From: Chiloscyllium plagiosum
Lineage: Eukaryota
Reading direction: 5' to 3'
Assembly (NCBI RefSeq): GCF_004010195.1
Contig: NC_057722.1
Coordinates: 55,772,436 to 55,836,435 of the forward strand
DNA length: 64,000 nt
Positions 40,401 through 51,384 of this stretch are shown piece after piece; the stretch's first letter is position 1, and each line of letters begins with the position of its first letter. The position numbers and the translations under genes were made by a program. The notes beneath the pieces were generated by a model. The model saw only the letters and a list, made by a program, of their open reading frames with translations. It was not told the origin of the DNA and did no database searches.

Positions 40401-43400
40401 AGACACTCTAGAGATTCACTAAGCTGATCTTGGGTATCTTTAGATAAGATTAGATTCCCTACAGTATGGAAACAGGCCCTTCAGCCCAACAAGTCCACAC
40501 CAACCCTCCGAAGGGTTACCAACCCAAACCCATTCCCCTACCCTATACTTACGCCTGACTAACGCACTTAACACTATGGGCGATTTAGCATGGCCAATTC
40601 ACCTGACCTGCACGTCTTTGGATTGTGGGAGGAAACCAGAACACCCAGAGGAAACCCACGCAGACGCAAGGTGAATGTGCCAACTCCACGCAGACAGTCG
40701 CCAGCGGCGGGAATTGAACCCTGGTGCTTGAGGCAACACTGCTAACCACTGAGCCATTGTGCTGCCCCTGATGAAGGATTGATTAATGAGAAATTGAGTG
40801 GATTGGGTCTGTACTTAATGGAATTTGTGAAAATGAGAGGCAACCTTATTGAGATGTACAAGATTCTTATTGGTTTTGATGTGATGGATGCAGAACGAAT
40901 ATTTCCCCTTGTGGGAGAATCTAGGCCCAGGGATATAATCTGTTATGAAGGTGTGGAGGTACTGTCCTGTTAAAGTCCAGATTTGAGACGACCCAGGGAA
41001 TCCCTTGTGGACTCAGACCTGTAAGCCTCTCTTGGTTCGTCCCAGAGATCGTACTCTTTGGTAGTCTGGAATAAAAGCCTCTTACAGTTTAGTTTAATTT
41101 TAGTCATCCCCTTTATTTACTAATAGCATCACTGTTACAACATAACACTGATACCTATAAGCCAAACTAACTAGGTTCTCATAATCCAGGAGAGTAAGAT
41201 ATCAGCTGTTTAAGAGCCCTGGCAGGCTACTCTGCTATACTGACACAATGGCTATCAAAGTGGCTTCCTTTATACAAAAAGCTTGAAAAATACTGCATGT
41301 TCTTAATTAGATGGATAACAGTGAAAGACAATAATTTGTAAGGAAGAGAAATTAATTGACAGGTCTGTGTGTGCTTGACTGATCGCTCCTACAGGTCCTG
41401 AGCCATTCATCAGGAGGGAAAAACAAATCCAGCCGAGTTAGGCGTCTGCTGGCGAGATAAGTTCCTATCATACAGAGGTACCAGTCTGAGCTAGTTGCAA
41501 GAGTTCATAAGGTACCCTTGCACAGCTTGCGCAATGGATGCAATTGTTAGGTTTAGAATAATTTTTAAGCTCGGAGCAGATTCCTGCTTTTGATTTAGGC
41601 ACCGAATCATTCTGTACCTGAGGCGGAGATGTTACCATAAGGTTGCATTTAAACTGATTCATTAGTCTTGAATTAAACATGCGTTCTTTTCAGGGTTGTG
41701 ATTCAAAATCAAATAATACATAAGATCTGACTAGTTAGAGTTGACAGTGGAGCAGTCTATANNNNNNNNNNNNNNNNNNNNNNNNNNNNNNNNNNNNNNN
41801 NNNNNNNNNNNNNNNNNNNNNNNNNNNNNNNNNNNNNNNNNNNNNNNNNNNNNNNNNNNNNNNNNNNNNNNNNNNNNNNNNNNNNNNNNNNNNNNNNNNN
41901 NNNNNNNNNNNNNNNNNNNNNNNNNNNNNNNNNNNNNNNNNNNNNNNNNNNNNNNNNNNNNNNNNNNNNNNNNNNNNNNNNNNNNNNNNNNGAATAAAGA
42001 TACAGATGAAGAGGAATTTTATCTGAAGGTGATGTCGATTCTGTAGAATTTATTACCACAAACAGCTGTCAAGGCTACGTTGTTAAATATATTCAAATAT
42101 ATATGTGATAGATTTTTTTTTAATTAAAAGGGTTATGGAGAAAAGGCAGGGAAAATGATGTTGAGGATCATCAATTCAGTCATGAACTCACTAAATGGCC
42201 GCACAGACCTGAGCTGAATAGCCAATTTCTGTTCCCACATCCTATAATCTTAATGGAATGTTTTGTTTTGAAAACTAAGCATTAATTCTTTAAATTGCGT
42301 ATCAACCGTCAAACCGTTGTATTTTTCAAATTCAACACAGCTAACTTCTTCCTCGTGCCTTCATTGTTGCCTTTCAATTGAAGATCCTTATTTCACATTG
42401 AACTATATCTTTTTCAAGCTTAATGGAAAATTCTACCATATATCAATATTATTAATTAGCCCTTTCACATTGCTGATTACTAGATCTACAGTAATCTTTC
42501 CCTAGTTAGTATTCCTCAGTGTTGAGAAACCATGTCCAATACATTCCATGAATTCTTCCTCCATATCATTGGTTTTCATTAGAATTACCCAGTCTGTATG
42601 TAGGTTGAAGTCATCCATTCCCTTGCTACATGCAAACACCTAATTTTCTGATTTGTACTGTGCCCTTTTTCTGTTTTAAATTACAATTTAAATTCTCATT
42701 CCAAGGTTTATTTGCTCATATAAAACTGTAACCAATGAGGCAAAAAGAGAAGGGCTTGCAGTAACTCAGGAAACGTTATTTCAGTTATGAATAATACTAT
42801 GGGCATACTATGGCTGTTGCTTTCCAGTTCAACTTGAGTGTAGGTTGGTACTTGGTCTTGGGTCTTCAGCTCCCAATTGGACAGCGGGTTAACTTTCATT
42901 TCAAACTTGGTGCGCAACTTTATTGCTAAAAGCTGCTGCTTATTAACTGTTTCCAGCCTGCAACAATCAATTGTTATTGCGTCCCAATTGTCCTAGGTGA
43001 AGTGAGAGTCTTTTCTAATTAGTTTAGATACAGTTAAGCAGAATATTGTAGTAATCAATGTACTTTGTGTAATAATAGCTAAATTAATTATGAAATGTTA
43101 ATTTCCCAACTAATCCTGCACGTACGTTGCCACTATGGTTTGCAGACTTATAAATCTCTTTGACCAACACTTGCTGCCCCTTGCTGTTCTTTAGCTCCAT
43201 CAAACAGATTCTACACCTTTTACTTCCTTTTAGGCCACTCCTCCAAAATGCAAATATCCCATAATAATCAGTCCCTCTTGAACACTCTGTAGCTAATGTA
43301 ATAATACCCCTTAACATGTAGCGCCATGAATTCACTGATCATCCAATGTGTGCAAATGGTGGTAATGGTTGTTGAGGTCAATCATAGGAGAAAGTGCGGA

Positions 43401-46400
43401 CTGCAGATGCTGGAGATCAGAGCTGAAAAATGTGTTGCTGGAAAAGCGCAGCAGGTCCGGCAGCATCAAAGCAGGAGAATCGAAGTTCCTGAAGAAGGGC
43501 TTATGCCCGAAACATCAATTCTCCTGCTCCTTTGATGCTGCTTGACCTGCTGCACTTTTCCAGCAACACATTTTTCAGGTCAATCATCATAGCCCTAGGA
43601 TATCATTACAGAATGTCACTATCTGTAGCTGTCACTCTGCATATGCAGCACTACTCGGACAACATCCAGGTTTGGGCTGATAAATGGCAAGTAACATTCA
43701 TGCTGCACAGCAGCCAGGTAATTACATTCTCCAACAAGAGAGAACCTAACCTTCAGCCTTGACATCACTGGCATTAGTCATTGAATTGACATCACAGAGA
43801 TTGCCATATATCAAACACTGATCTGTACCAGCTTTTCCACATTCAGTTACAGCTTTTCTTCTTCTCATAACTGGCTTTTCTATCTGAAATCCTTCTTAAA
43901 TTTCTGTTGCCCTGAGAAACTGGTTTAAGCCCATCAGCAAAAGTACTAATACAAGTCTCTAGGAGGATATTAGTCCCAGTCCTGATAAAGTAATCCTCAT
44001 TGTACAGGTTCTACCTGCCTCAGAACAGACTCAGTCCCCAGAATTCTAAAGTCCTTTCTCCTGCACCACTCCACCCAACATTTACTCAAGTTTTTTACTT
44101 CTATGCTGGCTAGCATTTAGTACTGAGAGCAATCCTGAGGTCTTGGTTTTCTGTCTTTTGCTTAGCTCCCTAAATTTTAACAAAAAATTTTAATTTCAGG
44201 ACTTTATCCCTCTTTCTGCCTATGTCATTGGTGCAAAGGTACAGCACAATCTCTGGCTTATCTCCCTTCCCCAAAAGAAAATCCTGCAGCTACACTATGA
44301 CATACCAGACCCTGGCATCAGGGCAGTGATGTACCATTCTGTAGACATGTCTACAGCCACTAAACAGCCTGTCTGGTCCCCAACTGTAAAGTTATCCAGC
44401 ATTCTTCTTCCTCCACTCACACCTGTGTGCCTCAGCTATTTGCAGTGCCAAAAGCTTGTCTTCCACTGCATTATTCTTATGAGTTATTGCCATCATCAGT
44501 ATCCAAAATGGAAAATCAGTTCGTGAGTGAGAGAGATTCAGGACTTTTGCCCTGCCTCTGTGGTCTTTCTAGACTGCCTGGAAATCATGCATTCCCCCTC
44601 TGCTTAATCTACAGTATGACCACTTGATTAAACATACTATCCACATGGTTCACAGCTATGTGGGAGTGGCATAGTGACTTCAGTGCCACTCAAGTTCTGA
44701 GCCCAGAGTTCAAGATTTTGCAGATGGACAATTCCTTCCACATGAAGAATCCACAACTTCCCACGTAGCACAGCACAGTATTCCACACAGCTGAACTGTC
44801 CTGCTATGCCTGAAAGTGTACTTTCAGACTTTTTACCTTCATCCGAAATTGAAAGCAAAAAATAAAATTACTCTGCAATCCAGTCCAATGAATATAAGCT
44901 CTTCGCAAACAGATACTTCTCACCCTAGCTTATGGCTTTGCTGTGATGTCAGTCTTTTGATTTTTTTTCAAACCTGGTATTTTAGAAGACACTCGAAGCA
45001 TCCCTCTGCATACTCTCTCAGGTAAGTGTATGCCTTAATCCAATGCTTTGTCCCCTGTGCATTTCCTTGCAGTTATGTCCTGTGCAGGCTCGCCCAGTGC
45101 TGTGTGCTCTTTGCATTTCCTTGCCAGTATGCTGACTACTGTCTCTCCCAGGTAAGGAATGGACCTGACCCCTGTGCTCTGTTCATATATCTCTGCCCCG
45201 GTGTGTTTAATTGCAGGTCTGCTGTTTCTCCCAAGTAAAGGTGGGCCACAAGTCCCACCCACTGTCCATATTCTCTCTATTCCTGGTGCATTTCTTCGCA
45301 GGCTTATGCTCTGCTTTCTCCCCAAGCTAAGTTGAGGGTTATTAAAGCAAAATACATTTAAAATGACTAAGTTAGTAAATGAACTACTAATATATTGTAA
45401 TTAATGTCTGTGTTATTCTCTCCCATAGTGTATTCCTCAACAGAAAAATGATAGTGACTGTGGTGTGTTCGTTCTTCAGGTATGGTAATTTCCCGTTTTC
45501 TTTTAGGATTTGGTTGTGAAAAGTGGTTGCGAAGCAAGATCACTCGTAAAATGTTCAAAACCATGTGAAGGCTAAGAATGGTTCCAAGCTAGCAAGGATT
45601 GAAACCGCTTTATAAAAGCAGAAAAGTCACAAATGGATTATCCAGGATCATGGGGAGAAGAATTTTCTCTTCGTTTTTCAATACATATGTAGGGATTTCA
45701 AATGAACTTTTAAAAAAAAAGTATGAGGTTTGAAATGGCTACTAGTCCAAATAAAACTGTAACCCAGAAATGGTTACCACCTTCACTGGAAGCAAAGTGG
45801 ATAAACCTTTCATTTATATATTGCCATGTCAAAGCTCTGATAAATCTCAACACTTCACTCACAGTATTTCATTTGAAGTGCTTTTATTAGAGAAGCAGTT
45901 GAGAGAGTCTAAAATTAATAAATTGCAGGCTAAGTTAATGCTACAAAATTGATTGTGCAGCTTTGTTACATTAAAAAATGTCTTAATGCTGTTTTGTGGT
46001 CAAAATAATGGGGAAGCCGCAGTTGTTTTAAAATCAGATATTGCTGAAACAAAATGTTGAAAATATAAGCATCTGAAAGGATCTGTTTTGAAATATTGCA
46101 AAGCTATCTGTCTTATTTTCAGATGCAACAGGTCTGCATGATGTTTATACTAATTAACATAAAACAGTTGGTTATTTTTTTTTTCCCATGCAAGCATGGA
46201 AACCTGGACTCAATCTATCCTTTGTAACTTTGAAGCCATAGTTTGATGCCAAAGGATCACCATAGTTCTGAAATAGGAAGATATTACTGTAATCCTACTA
46301 TAATATATGCTTCCATAAACCATAAATTTATAGCTTTTAAAATCTATTTCAACTTCACTTCTTATAGCACCATCTTAAAAGGTACATTATTGTAAATTAG

Positions 46401-48901
46401 TTAGAATCTCAACACTTTGACACGATTTTCTGGAAAGAGTTGTTTAAATATTACTGTTTCTCTCCAGTATTTCTGTTTGCTGTGAAACAACATTAAGTAA
46501 TATTTGATTTGTCTTTTTTCTAATCTTTATTGTTAAAGAGCAGAGTCAGATATTTGACCTAGTTACATCCCTGAAGTGACCAAGTAACGAAAAGCATTCA
46601 GGCTATTGTTGAGATTGCCAAGACAACTAAAATATCACGAGAAACTGGTCATGCGAAACAAGTGGCTTCAGTGAAAGACCAGAGAATTTACCTTTAATTT
46701 CAACCTTCTGTAGCAAACCTGACTTGTGTTGATTGTGTTATTGATAGCAGGTAGCTGTCAGGCTGCATTGTGGTGAATCAGTTTTGAGGATCTTAGCCAT
46801 AGATCAGGAACTGCTTAGAATTGATTTGCCTTTCTAGATTCATGAGGTTGTTATTAGAGCTTTTAATTTGGGGGAAATAATCTTCAAGAAAGACTGAAGT
46901 ACAAACTTGTGTTGGCCTGCCTGGAACATCTAAGCTTGTGGAAATAGCTAGTTTTGAGAAGATTTGTAACTCAGATGGAGGTTTTGGAAGTAGGTTTGCT
47001 CGCTGAGCTGGGAGGTTCATTTTCAGAAGTTTCGTCACCATACTGTGTAACATCATCAGTGAGCCTCCAGATGAAGCACTGGTGGTATGGCCTGCTTTCT
47101 ATTTCTGTTTAGGTTTCATTAGGTTGGTGATGTCATTTCCTGTTCTTTTTCTCAGGGGTGGTAAATAGGATCCAAGTCAATTTGTTGATGAGAGTTCCAG
47201 TTGGAATGCCAAGCTTCTAGGAATTCTCGAGTGTGTCTCTATTTGGCTTGGTATCCTTCCTCATCTGTATGTAAGGATACTAGTGAGAGTGGGTCATGGC
47301 TTTTTGTGGCTAGTTTTCTGCCTGTTTGTCCAATGTAGTGTTAGTTACAGTTCTTGTAAGATATTTTGTAAATGACATTAGTTTTGCTTGTTGTCTGTAT
47401 AGGGTCTTTCAAATTCATTAGCTGCTGTTTTAGTGTGTTGGTGGGTTTGTGAGCTACCATGATGCCAAGGGGTCTGAGTAGTCTGGCAGTCATTTCTGAG
47501 ATGTCTTTGTAGGAGGCGAGTGGCTAGGGTTTCTGGACGTGTTTTCTCTGCTTGTTTGTGTTTGTTACTAAGAAATCGGCGGACTGTGTTCATTGGGTAC
47601 TCATTCTTTTTGAATACACTGTATAGGTGTACAGGGGAACCTCGATTGTCCGAACGAAATGGACAGGCACTATTTCGTTCGGTTAATTGATTAAATGCCT
47701 TTCCTCTGGTGCTCGGAGTTTTTAAAGTCTGCTTCCGTTCAGGAAACAAAGCAGCTTACAGTGTGCGAGTCACCGCCCTCGCCCCCCCCACTCTCCAACC
47801 CCAACACTGCCCCTGAACCTTGTACACTCCTGCCCCCTCTCCGGGGCAGCCGGACTGGACACCAACAATAAGACTGCTTTTGTGGGGTAAGTCTCCAAAT
47901 AGCGTGCACATACAGCCACACACACAACTTTTTGAGGTTCCACATTTGCCCTCTACAGTGCAATGTTAGATTATCTGGGGAAGGGCAGGTTTAGGGTACA
48001 CCCCTCTGTAGAACTCCAGGTCAAGTGTGGGGAGAGAGGGAAAGCAGGAGGTCAGTCATTTCGAGACAGTGCCTGTTTAATCACTGTAAACAAAAGAGAT
48101 CACTGTTGGAAACTTGTCTTTGATGTAATGTTTCTATCGGGGGACCTTGAGATCTCCTTCGGATAATCCAATTTTCAGATAATTAGTATTCGGATAATCG
48201 AGTTTCCTCCATATACACATCCATCCACATACAAACCACTGGAAGTGACATCACCAATCCAAGGAAATCTAAACACACAAATAGAACGCAGGCCATACCA
48301 CCAGTGCTTCATCTGGAGGTTCACTGATGATGTTACCTAGTATGGTGATGAAACGTCTGAAAACAAACCTGCCACGTTCAAACGAGAATTAAGGCAATGT
48401 TCATTGTAATGAAATGAATAAATTGTTAAGGTTCATTGTAGACAGGTACACTAATGCGATGAGAATTTAACTACCCTGGCTAAAAGTACTAAACCTAAAT
48501 GGTACATCTCAGCTTGGATCATCAGCATAGCAGCATTGTGTGTCTCATAATTATGATTAAAGTCCCAAACCACTGCAGTGTAACTGCCATCAACATCTCT
48601 TCTATTGTTCCATGTTACAGAAGCAATTACAGGGACTTATTCCAGTAATCTAGTGAAAGTTCTGCCTTCAGCCATCACCAAAAAAGGAATTAGTTAATTT
48701 GTATTGTTGATCCCTTGTTTTTGGTGTGCACAACAAAGATGTCACATGATCTTCTGTACTATTTATACATTTGTTTCTGCAAATGTGCTCAGGGATTATA
48801 TAATTTTATTTTCCTGTCTTGGCTCCTCTGTTCTTTGTTGAATCAACATGTCAAATGCTGGTATGTTTTCTCATTTTCTACCAATATTTCCACTCTCCAA
48901 T

Positions 48902-48943
<42 letters not shown>

Positions 48944-49094
48944 GAATTTATGTGCTGATGACATATTTCCATTGCCTTTCTAGTACTGCAAGTGCCTGGC
49001 TCTAGGAAGACCATTTCAGTTTTCTCAGAAAGACATGCCTGAAGTAAGAAAGCTGATCTACAGAGAACTGTGTGAGTGCAAACTGATGGAGTGA
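17930..49094 (+). CDS. SENP5: SUMO-specific protease 5 (C48/Ulp1 family), 750 aa; join(17930..19418,25254..25359,26730..26877,28985..29032,29674..29751,30355..30492,36658..36741,45429..45479,48984..49094)
   Basis: All junctions are GT-AG and phase-consistent (2253 nt). Motifs: [38 protein letters not shown] (His), YDSQG (Asp) and [12 protein letters not shown] (Gln/Cys). The C-terminus LCECKLME is SENP5-like rather than SENP3-like. Adjacent to NCBP2. Confidence 0.96.
20255..22466. mobile_element. Penelope-like element, fold-back insertion 2 (RT C-part + GIY-YIG)
   Basis: Inverted arms at about 20262-21380 and 21423-22466. Motifs VDDTF, LPFLGV, VYRK, SNHP and [29 protein letters not shown] duplicated at 20238-20247 and 22467-22476. 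Confidence 0.9.
22480..23790 (+). mobile_element. Two CR1 3' fragments (about 22480-22980 and 23360-23790)
   Basis: [18 protein letters not shown] and related ORF2-end motifs. Confidence 0.75.
25254..25359 (+). CDS. SENP5: SENP5 coding exon 2
   Basis: [34 protein letters not shown]; ttttcag| and |gtatgt. Confidence 0.93.
25500..25860 (+). mobile_element. Penelope-type 3' end with microsatellites and degenerate hammerhead core
   Basis: (TCTCGC)n and (CA)n tracts at about 25660-25727, then agtc-CTGAAGA...GAAAC-GTT-gact at about 25766-25800. Confidence 0.55.
26730..26877 (+). CDS. SENP5: SENP5 coding exon 3
   Basis: [11 protein letters not shown]...[16 protein letters not shown]. Confidence 0.95.
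27040..28590 (+). mobile_element. Degenerate Penelope-like element (GIY-YIG remnant) with nested short repeats
   Basis: [32 protein letters not shown]-like motif; decayed hammerhead-like core at about 28475. Confidence 0.7.
27468..27649 (+). mobile_element. Short fold-back element with hammerhead-like loop and 12-bp TSD
   Basis: CTTCACAGAGGT at 27456-27467 and 27650-27661. Inverted arms at about 27508-27560 and 27598-27652 flank gTGATGA-aggagcagcgcttt-GAAAG-CTA. Confidence 0.75.
28985..29032 (+). CDS. SENP5: SENP5 coding exon 4
   Basis: [16 protein letters not shown]; ttgcag| and |gtgggt. Confidence 0.95.
29674..29751 (+). CDS. SENP5: SENP5 coding exon 5
   Basis: [26 protein letters not shown]; |gtgagt. 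Confidence 0.96.
30355..30492 (+). CDS. SENP5: SENP5 coding exon 6 (catalytic His and Asp)
   Basis: [46 protein letters not shown]; |gtaagg. Confidence 0.96.
30973..31293 (+). mobile_element. Full-length HE1-type tRNA-derived SINE
   Basis: Box A TGGCACAGTGG, box B-like GAGTTCATTTCC, V-domain text (GGAGTTTGCACGTTCTCCCCGTGTCTGCGTGGGTTTCCTCCGG), CR1-like 3' end and (TAATC)n tail. Confidence 0.92.
32140..32430 (+). mobile_element. Deu-domain SINE remnant
   Basis: tRNA-like head (GGATTCAAATCCC) and Deu-core-like AAAAGATTTAATGGCACTGTTTGAA. Confidence 0.5.
32490..33920 (-). mobile_element. CR1 LINE RT/3' portion
   Basis: [35 protein letters not shown] and [14 protein letters not shown] on the - strand. 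Confidence 0.92.
36658..36741 (+). CDS. SENP5: SENP5 coding exon 7
   Basis: [28 protein letters not shown]; ttcacag| and |gtaaag. Confidence 0.94.
37110..39500 (-). mobile_element. Degenerate CR1 LINE split by Penelope insertion 3
   Basis: Reverse-strand CR1 3'UTR/ORF2 text on both sides of 37789-38775. Confidence 0.7.
37789..38775. mobile_element. Penelope-like fold-back insertion 3
   Basis: The - arm encodes [26 protein letters not shown]. The + arm (38461-38770) is internally deleted. TSD AGTAATCTTTACCT/AGTACTCTTTACCT. Confidence 0.88.
40440..40768 (-). mobile_element. HE1-type SINE
   Basis: Reverse complement of the 30973-31293 family, including GATTA-type tail repeats. Confidence 0.9.
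41762..41991. other. Assembly gap (230 N)
   Basis: Run of N. Confidence 1.
43386..43576 (+). mobile_element. Short fold-back element with hammerhead core in the loop and 11-bp TSD
   Basis: AGGTCAATCAT at 43375-43385 and 43577-43587. Arms at about 43423-43483 and 43515-43578. Loop CTGAAGA-a-GGGC-TTAT-GCCC-GAAAC-ATC. Confidence 0.82.
45429..45479 (+). CDS. SENP5: SENP5 coding exon 8 (catalytic Cys)
   Basis: [17 protein letters not shown]; ccatag| and |gtatgg. Confidence 0.97.
47632..48211. mobile_element. TA-flanked Tigger/pogo-like MITE
   Basis: TA|CAGGGGAACCTCGATTGTCCGAA ... TTCGGATAATCGAGTTTCCTCCA|TA imperfect TIRs of about 23 bp. Confidence 0.8.
48320..48361 (+). ncRNA. Minimal type-I hammerhead ribozyme motif, best-preserved copy
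   Basis: ttca-CTGATGA-t-gttacc-tagtat-ggtgat-GAAAC-GTC-tgaa: intact core, stem I ttca/tgaa and a 6-bp stem II with G-U pairs. Confidence 0.72.
48901..48942. repeat. (CT)n(AT)n microsatellite
   Basis: Read directly; about 40 nt upstream of the last SENP5 acceptor. Confidence 0.9.
48984..49094 (+). CDS. SENP5: SENP5 last coding exon
   Basis: [36 protein letters not shown]. Confidence 0.97.
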   Translation, partial: YCKCLALGRPFQFSQKDMPEVRKLIYRELCECKLME

Positions 49095-51378
49095 GCTGCC
49101 AAGTGATTAAGACTCCTCCCAGGAAATTTCATTCCAGGAAATTGGTCTGCCAGTTCTGTTACATGATGTACAGAAAGCAGGGAGGAAGTACTGAAGACAC
49201 AGTTGCAGTGTTTACCTCTTTCCAGGTGCATGCATGGCCTGAGCACATTCAGACTTAATAAAAGCACAACTTTGCTCGACTGGCCTGTTGCTGACAAATT
49301 GCATGTAGCAGTAGAGTAAAAATTTAGACTTCCTTTTTGTCTGCATATTTTGAGAACCTCTCAAGTAAAGGAAGTGGTTAAATTTACATTAAGGGGGAAA
49401 CTGAAGTCTTAGTGTAGAAATTGTTCCAGGTATTATTAAGTGAGAATCCCCTCTTTGTATCCACTGGGGAGATTTTCACTTTTCCCACATATGTTTAATG
49501 ACCATGAGGTCATTGTGTTAAGCTGCAGCATGTTTAAAAATGAAGATGTTTTCATTAACAAGAAAACAGGAACTCTGGGAACAGGACTGTGAATGCCGAG
49601 GCAATGATCACAGTTGGACATCAATGCTAAAATTTAACCTGTTTAACCCAAGGCATATTTTTAAAATTATTTCTCAAGTTTTCTTTCTCACATGTTTGAT
49701 GGGCTGTGCTTCTCCAGTTTATTAGTAAAACAATGGAATGGATTTTCTGGAGTAACATAGTTATAATTTGATCTTTAACTTGGTGCATGTTTTTGCCTTG
49801 CATTTTACTGATGAAAAGCTTTTTCCCTTACTGTTTAAACAAAGTATTATTATTTTGTAGTTTATTTCAGCTATATCATCTCTGGAAAATGAAAAATGAA
49901 CTAGGCTCCGTGTAGAATTTATTTCATTTTAAACATCAAATATTGAGGCATATTGAGATATTGCAAACTTGGGTAATGCCAACCTTTCGCTTTTAGTTTG
50001 ACTGTGAACATTGCTAGCTAGATTGGCATTTGTTGTCCATCCCTAAATTGGCCTGAAATGGTGGATCTCCTGAACTACTAGTGATTTGTGTTGGGATGAG
50101 ATTGCAGTCACATATATATATATAAATAAAATTAGGCAAGGACCCACAGGTTCATTACTGGGCTTTTTAAAGTCTTCAATCCAACACCTTCATACTCATT
50201 TTACTGCTATCTTTTTTTAACATAAAATTTGCAAACAGCAATGGTGGGATTTAAGCTTGTGCTCAGAATAAATAATACAACTGTTACACTACTGTACTTT
50301 TATAGTTCCATTTTATTTAATATTTTTCACAGTGGTCAAATCATGTGATTTTTAACCTAGAAAACTAGTGTCTGACCAATGTTAACTTTTAATTTGCCTT
50401 TCTAAAACTAAACGATGGAAACTAAAACTAAGTGCAGAAAATTTTAAATAAATGGGTATTTGAGGGTGAGAATGTTTCTAGATGTGCTCAATTTTGAAAT
50501 ATTGGGGAAAATGTAGACAGCTAGCCTCACACTGTGTTCTGCAACAATACTGCAAATAGATTTCAGATTTTATGTTTGATTTTCTTTCTCTCCCATAGTT
50601 AAATCTTGTAAAATTTTGCCCTTTGCCAGAACCCAGAGTAAACCTAGAATATGTATATTCAATGCTTTGAAAATATGTATTCCATTGCAACAGTAAATTG
50701 TCCCAATCACTTGAAATGAAATCTGTAATTGAAAAATCATTAAAACTTCCTTCTATAATAGTCCAGTGCCTCTTGCTAAGTATTTAAATCAGAAACTGAT
50801 CTATATCTTAACTGCTGGGTACTTGCAGATGGAAGTTCTGGTTATGATTCTGAAAATAAACTGCCTTATCTTGGTACTGTGGTTTCACGCTCCTTGTCGC
50901 AACTTTAACTTAGAATGTTCAAACCCTCATTGGCACCAAGTAGTTGCGCTCAGCCTGCATTATGGTGTTGAACAGTGTACCATAGGTCCAGTACCCTTTA
51001 GGAGGGTGCAATGATGAAATTAAATATTAATAGCAGCTATTTTGTACTGAGATAGAACTATCTTAGTACATTATATTGTGCTGTGTCCTGAATCCCACCA
51101 AGTCTTTTACAGATTAGGAGATGAAAGATGTGTTAAATTATAAACATTAGTGCAATAATAGAAGCTGTAAGTAGGAGACTTTTTTTAATTGCTGCAAGGA
51201 AAGCTGTTGTAATTAGTTCTGTGTTATGAAGATTGGATAATAAAGTATTTGAGGATGATTTGACCCTTTCTTACTGGCTTCTTTGTCCTCCCTATAATGT
51301 TTTCTTTTCCTTTTGGTGTGCAGTGTGATGCTCCTTTTGGGAGATGTTTTTGCCAATTAATTGTACTGTATATAAGAG

Positions 51379-51384
51379 AATAAA
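51379..51384 (+). terminator. SENP5: Candidate distal polyadenylation signal of SENP5 (3'UTR of about 2.3 kb)
   Basis: AATAAA preceded by two TGTA elements and followed by GT-rich sequence. Other AATAAA sites lie upstream. Confidence 0.5.

Larger units (their letters stand above)
39540..42260 (+). mobile_element. Degenerate CR1 LINE interrupted by an HE1 SINE, an unknown insert and the gap
   Basis: DWKTANV and GNYRPV motifs near 39590-39670; [18 protein letters not shown] near 40800; 3'UTR resumes after the gap. Confidence 0.7.
46945..48378. mobile_element. Penelope-like fold-back insertion 4
   Basis: - arm at 46945-47629 (same family as insertions 2 and 3); short + arm at about 48240-48378. 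Confidence 0.85.

Noticed and set aside
41741-42059. ORFs spanning X residues
   Set aside because: Artefacts of the N gap.
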